Under the pieces are notes generated by a model. It ran no database searches, was not told where the DNA came from, and saw only the letters and a program-made list of their open reading frames with translations. This document shows positions 1-4,930 of a DNA stretch of 5,033 bases, piece by piece. The position numbers and the translations under genes are program-made. The stretch is from IMG/VR virus record IMGVR_UViG_2706794662_000015, one strand, 5' to 3'. Every line of letters begins with the position of its first letter. The first letter of the stretch is position 1. The DNA comes from a virus (taxonomy: Duplodnaviria; Heunggongvirae; Uroviricota; Caudoviricetes).

Positions 1-61
1 GAACCGTTCTGACAGCTTCGGCTTTGAACTCTTTAGAGTAACGTTGGGTTTTTCTGCTCAT
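1..61 (-). CDS. IS3-family transposase OrfA, N-terminal 20 codons (5' partial in window; gene continues past position 1)
   Basis: ATG at 61..59 (minus), AGGAG RBS 6 nt upstream, translation MSRKTQRYSKEFKAEAVRTV. Not in the ORF track because it runs off the window edge. Confidence 0.6.
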   Translation of the reverse strand, partial: MSRKTQRYSKEFKAEAVRTV

Positions 62-125
62 TATTAGCTCCTTCTGATGCCATTCTATTTCAGGAAGGAG
101 TGTCCGTTAAACTCAGGCTACCTCA
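1..125 (-). mobile_element. Left end of an IS3-family insertion sequence (partial; continues beyond window start). Terminus inferred at about 125, reading TGAGGTAGCCTGAGTTTAACGGACAC... on the minus strand
   Basis: Minus-strand translation from ATG at 61 gives MSRKTQRYSKEFKAEAVRTV, the characteristic N-terminus of IS3-family OrfA proteins. A strong RBS (AGGAG, plus 67..71) precedes it. About 64 nt upstream the sequence starts TGA and has GGACAC near position 21-26, the same layout I recall for the IS3 left inverted repeat. The exact terminus (125 versus 127) is uncertain. Confidence 0.6.
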
Positions 126-377
126 CAATAGCCTTACATCATCTGCCAGTCTGGTTTCTCTTTTTGCCACAGAGAGCATCCAGTCAAACGGCTCCACAAC
201 CGCACCGCAGATTTTACAGCGGACCTGACGCTCTTTTTCGTCAACCCGTACAGAGGCGTGATGGCAATATGGTCTTTCCGATGGCTCATAAAGAAAATTA
301 ACCTGATTACGAGGGTCATCCTCTTTTACCGGAAATAAAACGATATTGCTTAACTCATCTTCTGGTTTTATTTCCAT
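123..377 (-). CDS. Small hypothetical prophage protein (84 aa) with a C-H-H...C-x2-C motif, possibly zinc binding; 3' end may be truncated by the IS
   Basis: ORF track 123..434; I prefer the internal ATG at 377 (MEIKPEDELS...) because it has a strong RBS (AAAGGAGAGGAG, plus 378..390 region) and the longer start directly abuts the upstream stop. Motif YCHHASVRVDEKERQVRCKICG. The stop TGA (123..125) coincides with the inferred IS terminal TGA. Confidence 0.5.
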   Translation of the reverse strand: MEIKPEDELSNIVLFPVKEDDPRNQVNFLYEPSERPYCHHASVRVDEKERQVRCKICGAVVEPFDWMLSVAKRETRLADDVRLL

Positions 378-434
378 GCTCCTCTCCTTTGATGCGAATG
401 CCAGCGGTAATTGAAGCCTGATAGCTAATTTCAT

Positions 435-857
435 TCACAGTATCGCCTCCTGAAAATTACCCTGATAGAAAGCCAGTACACGCTGCATAGCTTCGCTCTT
501 CCGGCACTCGCGACAGATTATATTCAGGCGCCTGTCGTAGCGGCGTATTTCTCCGTCAGGTAATGACCAGATAAGGTCCGGATCAACAACAACCGGTTTC
601 CTCACCTTTACTCTCGAGAGTTTTTTGCGGGCGCTTTGCCAGTCCTTGCGAGCCTGTTCAGACGGGAATAAGCCGTAGCCAGAATTATATACATCACCAC
701 TTGCGACCAGTTCTATGCATAAGCGACCGACAGACGCACGACTGATACCTGTTTCATCTGACAACTGCCGAATCGTGACCCGACCGTCCTGATGCACGAG
801 TTCCACAATTCGCGTCTTCAGTTCTTCCCGCTGTTCGGGAGTAAAAGGTTTCGCCAT
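435..857 (-). CDS. Hypothetical prophage protein (140 aa) with a predicted winged-helix/HTH segment (TIRQLSDETGISRASVGRL)
   Basis: Intact ORF with strong RBS (AGGAGG, 4 nt spacer, ATG at 857), 14 nt downstream of the DnaC-like stop, same strand, so a distal operon member. Function not recognised from sequence. Confidence 0.6.
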   Translation of the reverse strand: MAKPFTPEQREELKTRIVELVHQDGRVTIRQLSDETGISRASVGRLCIELVASGDVYNSGYGLFPSEQARKDWQSARKKLSRVKVRKPVVVDPDLIWSLPDGEIRRYDRRLNIICRECRKSEAMQRVLAFYQGNFQEAIL

Positions 858-871
858 AAATCCTCCTGAAA

Positions 872-1567
872 CTACTTAACAACCCTCGAATGGCTAACAT
901 TCGGACGCCAGCTCTCCCAGTTAAAATTCACCCAGCGCCCGCCGTTCATGACCATGCGATCCATCACCCGCTCGCCGAGCAATGTTTTCATCACCTCATA
1001 GTTCAGGTTTGTCAGCATCCCCACGCTGCGCATCGACGCTGTCCGGCGATCAACAATCTGGTGCAGCACCACCTGCTCGTTTTTCGTCTCGCGCTGAATG
1101 CCAATTTCATCAAGAACCAGCAGATCCACTTCGCACAGCTCCCGCAAAAATTTTTCGCCTGACTGCCCGTCGTCATAGCTGGCGTGCAGGGCGCTCATAA
1201 CATCAGCCACGGTAACCACAATCACTGTCTGACCGTCTTTCAGCAGGCGATTCCCGATAGCTGCCGCTAAGTGATTCTTCCCGGTACCAGGTTTTCCGCT
1301 GAACGCAAAATTTGTACACCCGGTCATCAGTTCATCGGCGATGGATTTCGCCTGGCTTAACGCGTATCGCTGGCCGTCGTTCTGCACCTGGTAATTCGCA
1401 AACGAGCATTTACGGTGCAACGGCTGGATGCCTGAGCGATTCAGAATTTTTTCCACCCGCAACTGGCGATTCAGGCGGTTGATCTCCTCGCTACGTTTCT
1501 GGCCTTCAGCAAGTTGCCACTCGCGCCACTCCGCTACCGTTCTGAATGGGGCGGTTACATGTGGCGG
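872..1567 (-). CDS. ydaV: DnaC-like AAA+ helicase loader, C-terminal 231 codons (YdaV-type prophage replication protein); 5' part cut off by the assembly gap
   Basis: Translation has Walker A (FSGKPGTGKNHLAAAIGN), Walker B (DLLVLDEIG) and a C-terminal MLTNLNYEVMKTLLGERVMDRM segment closely resembling E. coli DnaC as I remember it. Stop TGA at 872..874. The frame is continuous with the N-terminal fragment once the duplicated overlap is collapsed. Symbol assigned from family, synteny and reconstructed length (248 aa), not from a verified sequence match. Confidence 0.75.
   Translation of the reverse strand, partial: PPHVTAPFRTVAEWREWQLAEGQKRSEEINRLNRQLRVEKILNRSGIQPLHRKCSFANYQVQNDGQRYALSQAKSIADELMTGCTNFAFSGKPGTGKNHLAAAIGNRLLKDGQTVIVVTVADVMSALHASYDDGQSGEKFLRELCEVDLLVLDEIGIQRETKNEQVVLHQIVDRRTASMRSVGMLTNLNYEVMKTLLGERVMDRMVMNGGRWVNFNWESWRPNVSHSRVVK
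1363..1567. repeat. Left copy of an approx 205-bp diverged direct duplication flanking the assembly gap (about 94% identical to 1818..2022)
   Basis: Manual alignment of 1363..1567 to 1818..2022 shows about 13 mismatches, mostly synonymous in the DnaC-like reading frame. Confidence 0.85.
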
Positions 1568-1817
1568 NNNNNNNNNNNNNNNNNNNNNNNNNNNNNNNNN
1601 NNNNNNNNNNNNNNNNNNNNNNNNNNNNNNNNNNNNNNNNNNNNNNNNNNNNNNNNNNNNNNNNNNNNNNNNNNNNNNNNNNNNNNNNNNNNNNNNNNNN
1701 NNNNNNNNNNNNNNNNNNNNNNNNNNNNNNNNNNNNNNNNNNNNNNNNNNNNNNNNNNNNNNNNNNNNNNNNNNNNNNNNNNNNNNNNNNNNNNNNNNNN
1801 NNNNNNNNNNNNNNNNN
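1568..1817. other. Assembly/scaffold gap (250 N)
   Basis: Uninterrupted run of n from 1568 to 1817. The length is not a multiple of 3, so ORFs read across it are artefactual. Confidence 0.97.
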
Positions 1818-2022
1818 CATGTCGCTGACCGTCGTTCTGCGCCCGGTAATTCGCAAACGAACACTTCCGGTGCAACGGCTGGATGCCGGAGCGGTTCAGG
1901 ATTTTTTCCACCCGCAACTGACGATTCAGGCGGTTGATCTCCTCGCAACGTTTCTGGCCTTCAGCAAGTTGCCACTCGCGCCACTCCGCAACCGTTCTGA
2001 ATGGGGCGGTTACATGTGGTGG
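1818..2022. repeat. Right copy of the approx 205-bp diverged direct duplication flanking the gap
   Basis: See 1363..1567. The same codons (…PPHVTAPFRTVAEWREWQLAEGQKR…) are encoded on both sides with a few substitutions (S/C, QV/RA, Y/H). Confidence 0.85.
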
Positions 2023-2073
2023 GGTCAGTCTGCGGATACGCTCCAGAACGCCTCCTGTCGCAATATTTTTCAT
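1818..2073 (-). CDS. ydaV: DnaC-like helicase loader, N-terminal 85 codons (MKNIATGGVLERIRRLTPPHVTAPFRTVAEWREWQ...), truncated at the gap
   Basis: ATG at 2073..2071 lies 6 nt after the initiator stop (2080..2082), preceded by AGGGGG. Collapsing the overlap with 872..1567 gives a 747-nt, 248-codon gene, the length I recall for Rac YdaV. Confidence 0.7.
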
Positions 2074-2079
2074 GGTCTG

Positions 2080-3228
2080 TTACCCCCTGAAGCCTGGCGG
2101 GATCGCACTGTCCGGCAACGAGACGGTGTTAACCTGTCGGAGCAACGTCTCAGGCCGAACACCTTTCGGCGCGAACAGACCCTGGTATTCATTGGCGATG
2201 CTGTGTCGAATCACCTGCTCAGGTGTAAAACCCTGCTGACGGAATTTTTCCAGTTCCCGTATCGCCCCGTTAGCGCCCTGCTCCGTTCGAATCGGTTTTC
2301 GCAATGCCTGCCTGAACTGGACCCACTCATGCCAGAGTGTTTCTGGCAACCAGTCGGGCAGATCAACTGACAACGGGTCAAATTTTTTCTGGCGAACAGC
2401 CCCACCGATAACCAGAATTCCCTGCTCGGTGTGCCTTGCGATATCACTGCGCCGCAAGACACATATCCCGGTTTCAACAGCACCGATTTTGAGCAGTGAT
2501 TTCTGTCGCGGAGAATTTCGGTCAAGCTCGCTCCCACACCGGACACCGTTCCTGTCAGTCACGACGATATCAATCCGCCCTCCGCAACCGTCACCACGCT
2601 CTGGCACCGGATACTCACGACAGACATCCAGGCCAGCAGCCTGCAACGCAACCACCGCAGAATTACAAAATTCCGCTGCAGTACCGCCAGATAATCTCCC
2701 CTCAAGCACTCCAGCCACAAAATCCCGAAACTCCCTTCCGGAAGGGAAGGGTTTGGGATGGGTTAGATCTGTTTTTAGATCTTTATCTGTATCTTTATTA
2801 GTTGCCTTTGTGTTGGCATCATGTTCGAACATCACTCCAACATCTGTTTGAACACCTGTTAAATTTCTCTCTTGTTTTGTTTGAACATCTGCTTCCTTTC
2901 TGCTTCTTCTGGCCTGAACAGATGCTTTTCCTGCGGCTGATTTTTTGGTTAATTTTTCTCTGACAGATGCCAGATCTTCCTCAATCCGAAGATGCATCCA
3001 TTCGTCGCCGTTATCACAAAAAAACTCCCGCAAGGATGGTTCAACATCAACCCATCGCTCGTTAGTCAGACGGGCAATTTTTGCCAACCTGTTTTTGGGT
3101 ATTGGCTTTCCTGTTTGCCAGTAATTGAACATCAGCAACAAATACGCGCCGTGCTCCTCTGCTGACAAATGCATGGTGTCAGCCAGGTAATCAGCTATGT
3201 ACAGTTGCATGTATGGTAATGCGGCCAT
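2080..3228 (-). CDS. Phage replication initiator/replisome organiser: DUF1376-like N-terminal domain, charged linker encoding ori-like repeats, central domain of unknown function, DnaT-like C-terminal domain (YdaU/lambda-O functional analogue)
   Basis: ORF track 2080..3279 (399 aa). I place the start at ATG 3228 (MAALPYMQLYIADYLADT...), which fits the usual N-terminus of this family; the upstream 17 codons are hydrophobic and lack a convincing RBS. The C-terminus ...NTVSLPDSAIPPGFRG closely resembles the C-terminus of E. coli primosomal protein DnaT as I recall it. It sits directly upstream of, and near-coupled to, the DnaC-like gene. Confidence 0.75.
   Translation of the reverse strand: MAALPYMQLYIADYLADTMHLSAEEHGAYLLLMFNYWQTGKPIPKNRLAKIARLTNERWVDVEPSLREFFCDNGDEWMHLRIEEDLASVREKLTKKSAAGKASVQARRSRKEADVQTKQERNLTGVQTDVGVMFEHDANTKATNKDTDKDLKTDLTHPKPFPSGREFRDFVAGVLEGRLSGGTAAEFCNSAVVALQAAGLDVCREYPVPERGDGCGGRIDIVVTDRNGVRCGSELDRNSPRQKSLLKIGAVETGICVLRRSDIARHTEQGILVIGGAVRQKKFDPLSVDLPDWLPETLWHEWVQFRQALRKPIRTEQGANGAIRELEKFRQQGFTPEQVIRHSIANEYQGLFAPKGVRPETLLRQVNTVSLPDSAIPPGFRG
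2761..2900. repeat. Putative replication origin inside the initiator gene: AT-rich tract with two AGATCT and three 6-bp ATCTKT repeats (2764..2796), then three copies of palindromic TGTTYGAACAYC (2821..2833, 2846..2857, 2878..2889)
   Basis: Read directly from the sequence. The segment is visibly lower in GC than the flanking coding sequence and encodes a charged, low-complexity linker (residues about 128-177). In lambdoid phages the origin iterons lie inside the O gene. Confidence 0.5.
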
Positions 3229-3291
3229 AATTGCCCCGTATGATGCTGCCCGGTTGCTTAGAATAAGCACAAACAGCATGGAAACTTTTGC

Positions 3292-3714
3292 TTAATGAAC
3301 AATGACAGAATCGTCGGAAGACCCGCCGCCGCTGAAATGCGCTTTCCGGTAAACGGCCTGGACTGCATCATCATGCGCATCAATTGCCGTACTCAACGCT
3401 TCCTGCGCCGCCAGTAATGCACGGCGTTCCAGGGTATCGAAGATGCAGAGTCGGTGACGCAGCTCGCGCGGAAGAATTGCCAGAACCGCAGGGATCAGTT
3501 TCTGAATTTTTTCCCTTTGCGCTTTCGTTTCACCTTTCAACCAACGGTGATAGATATTCTGCTGATTGTTCCAGTCCTTGCCTGGTACAAGGGGCAATTC
3601 GCCGCCCCCCTGGCGCAGATATTCTTCAGTAATTGCGTTAGCGACCCACGCCTGCCCTTTTTCGGCTGCCAGGGCTAACAACACTGATTCGATGTGCTCA
3701 TGCCTGATTTTCAT
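3292..3714 (-). CDS. ydaT: cII-like / YdaT-like prophage protein (140 aa)
   Basis: Intact ORF whose ATG (3714..3712) overlaps the upstream stop in an ATGA junction (3711..3714), indicating translational coupling. Position (after the cro-like gene, before the replication genes) and length (140 aa) match Rac YdaT. The symbol rests on synteny and length, not on a verified alignment. Confidence 0.6.
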   Translation of the reverse strand: MKIRHEHIESVLLALAAEKGQAWVANAITEEYLRQGGGELPLVPGKDWNNQQNIYHRWLKGETKAQREKIQKLIPAVLAILPRELRHRLCIFDTLERRALLAAQEALSTAIDAHDDAVQAVYRKAHFSGGGSSDDSVIVH

Positions 3715-3953
3715 GAATCAACCGCTCCTATGCTGTTTTCGCTATGCTTACCGTCTGGGGGGAATACATCGTCAAGTCCACAATGAGCGCCAAGCCGATT
3801 AAGGGTAGAAACAATTTTTCTGCACTCCTCTAGTCCAGGGGTACGAAAATTTGCTTCGTAATTTGCCAGTCGGCTTTGTATCCACCCTAACTGAACAGCA
3901 AGTTGTCTTTGAGACAGCCCAAGCTGTTTTCGATATGTTGAAATTTTGTTCAT
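3711..3953 (-). CDS. Cro-like HTH_XRE DNA-binding protein (80 aa), YdaS-like
   Basis: ATG at 3953 with GGAGG RBS 7 nt upstream. HTH signature QLGLSQRQLAVQLGWIQSRLANYEA. Divergently transcribed from the repressor gene. Confidence 0.75.
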   Translation of the reverse strand: MNKISTYRKQLGLSQRQLAVQLGWIQSRLANYEANFRTPGLEECRKIVSTLNRLGAHCGLDDVFPPDGKHSENSIGAVDS

Positions 3954-4049
3954 TGAAAACCTCCGATGACAATTTTAAACACACCTTGTGTTATATAGCC
4001 AAGCTGTTTTGTGTTTTATGTAAATCACGATTCGTGATACAAGGATGCA
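3954..4049. promoter_or_regulatory. Divergent promoter/operator region between the cro-like and cI-like genes. Candidate operators: AACACA-cct-TGTGTT (3978..3992) and ATCACGA-t-TCGTGAT (4024..4038). Candidate leftward promoter: -35 at 3997..4002 and -10 at 3974..3979 on the minus strand, 17-bp spacer containing the first palindrome
   Basis: 96-bp AT-rich spacer between divergent HTH genes containing two perfect inverted repeats. The promoter hexamers are weak matches, so their assignment is tentative. Confidence 0.45.
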
Positions 4050-4469
4050 ATGGAAAAAGAAAACGAAAAAATTGCCGCTAGTAGGCTCAATGACAAAATT
4101 GCAATGCGTCTTAAAGAGCGCAGGCAGAAGCTTGGTTTATCTCAAGGAAAACTTGCTGAAATCTGCGGATGGACGCAATCGCGTATAGGTAACTATGAGG
4201 CGGGCAGCAGAAATGTTGGAGTACATGACGCTGTCGTATTGGGAAAGGCACTTGGCATATCTCCTCCTGAGCTCCTCTTTGGAGAACAGGAATCTTCTGA
4301 ATTGTGGTTAAATGAATCCCAACGAAAACTTCTTGAGTTGTTTAACCAGCTACCGGGCTCAGAACAACAACGAATGATTGAGCTATTTGAAGTCCGGCTA
4401 AAAGAAATCGATGAGTATGTAGAAAAATATTTGAGAGGCAGGATTAAAGATAATCCCCCACCGGAATAA
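4050..4469 (+). CDS. cI-like prophage repressor, HTH_XRE family (139 aa), RacR/DicA-like; no LexA-type (S24) autocleavage domain
   Basis: ATG at 4050 with AAGGA RBS (4041..4045). HTH QKLGLSQGKLAEICGWTQSRIGNYEAG is closely related to the cro-like protein's HTH. The C-terminal half is helical-looking (LLELFNQLPGSEQQRMIELFEVRLKEIDEYVEKYL) and lacks the Ala-Gly/Ser/Lys pattern of S24 peptidases. Confidence 0.75.
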   Translation: MEKENEKIAASRLNDKIAMRLKERRQKLGLSQGKLAEICGWTQSRIGNYEAGSRNVGVHDAVVLGKALGISPPELLFGEQESSELWLNESQRKLLELFNQLPGSEQQRMIELFEVRLKEIDEYVEKYLRGRIKDNPPPE

Positions 4470-4499
4470 TGATCTTGCTATCACAGTAATATGCCAATC

Positions 4500-4523
4500 A
4501 GCCCGCTATCAGCGGGCTTTTTT
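4500..4523 (+). terminator. Rho-independent terminator after the repressor gene
   Basis: Stem AGCCCGCT (4500..4507), loop ATC, stem AGCGGGCT (4511..4518), then a T-run (4519..4523), 31 nt after the repressor stop. Confidence 0.7.
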
Positions 4524-4565
4524 GTAGCATCATCATATGACACTCACCATAAAACACATTGCGTG

Positions 4566-4594
4566 TTGACACAAGAAAACAAATTGTGTTTAAT
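4566..4594 (+). promoter_or_regulatory. Near-consensus sigma70 promoter (pL-like, rightward): TTGACA (4566..4571), 17-bp spacer, TTTAAT (4589..4594)
   Basis: Perfect -35, 17-bp spacing, 5/6 match at -10. Inverted repeat AACAC-N5-GTGTT (4553..4567) overlaps the -35 and shares half-sites with the 3978..3992 palindrome. Confidence 0.45.
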
Positions 4595-4774
4595 AAGCAT
4601 ATCCAAACAACGCCCCACCAGAGAACGGCAGGACAATACCTCGAGTTATCCAGTCACTGAACAGGGCTAAGTAGCCAGCCTGAGGCATACGAACATGACG
4701 GCAGTTGTTGATTGATACAAAGCGCAGTAGATAAAACGTTCCGCCACCCGGCGTTAAGGGGAAATGGGGTCAAC

Positions 4775-4930
4775 ATGAATACTATCGATCTTGGCAACAA
4801 CGAATCTCTGGTATGTGGCGTGTTTCCCAATCAAGACGGCACATTCACCGCCATGACGTATACCAAAAGCAAAACGTTTAAAACCGAAGCTGGCGCACGT
4901 CGTTGGTTGGGAAGACATTCAGGTGAGTAA
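4775..4930 (+). CDS. Small hypothetical prophage protein (51 aa; MNTIDLGNNESLVCGVFPNQDGTFTAMTYTKSKTFKTEAGARRWLGRHSGE), possibly a YdaF-like small protein
   Basis: ORF track 4712..4930 uses a TTG start; I prefer ATG 4775 with a GGGG motif 5 nt upstream. Position (beyond the repressor, same strand) and length match the small ydaF-type genes next to racR in Rac, but I do not recognise the sequence with certainty. Confidence 0.45.
   Translation: MNTIDLGNNESLVCGVFPNQDGTFTAMTYTKSKTFKTEAGARRWLGRHSGE

Noticed and set aside
77-301. 74-aa plus-strand ORF
   Set aside because: Overlaps the IS terminus and is antisense to the small Cys/His gene; no RBS; likely spurious.
890-1200. Plus-strand ORFs 890..1162 and 982..1200
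   Set aside because: Antisense to the well-supported DnaC-like coding sequence; Pro/His/Ala-rich low-complexity translations typical of off-frame reads.
1568-1817. N-run as a biological feature
   Set aside because: Ambiguity characters are an assembly gap, not sequence; no inference can be drawn about the bases within it.
872-1948. 358-aa minus-strand ORF spanning the N-run
   Set aside because: Its first 40 or so residues are an out-of-frame read of the duplicated segment joined through a 250-nt gap (not a multiple of 3). The real gene is the DnaC-like CDS in two fragments.
1428-2370. Plus-strand ORFs 1428..1937, 1514..1828, 1546..2370, 1934..2239 and minus-strand ORF 1506..1856
   Set aside because: They run through the N-gap and/or are antisense to the DnaC-like and initiator genes; none has a recognisable product or start context.
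2211-2851. ORFs 2211..2546 (-), 2429..2851 (+), 2496..2801 (+)
   Set aside because: Alternative frames inside the initiator gene; the initiator frame has recognisable N- and C-terminal domains and these do not.
3728-3748. Direct repeat CTATGCT-N7-CTATGCT near the cro/cII junction as a cII-type activator site (lambda PRE analogue)
   Set aside because: A 7-bp repeat within 20 bp is expected several times by chance in 5 kb and no convincing -10 element follows; kept only as a note.
3384-3802. Plus-strand ORFs 3384..3632, 3454..3678, 3566..3802
   Set aside because: Antisense to the cII-like gene and to the cro/cII junction; no start signals.
3799-4081. ORFs 3799..3984 (-) and 3851..4081 (+)
   Set aside because: Off-frame overlaps of the cro-like gene and the operator region; the in-frame HTH genes explain this DNA.
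4646-4654. DnaA-box-like TTATCCAGT
   Set aside because: Two mismatches to the TTATCCACA consensus, single copy, and not next to the repeat cluster in the initiator gene.
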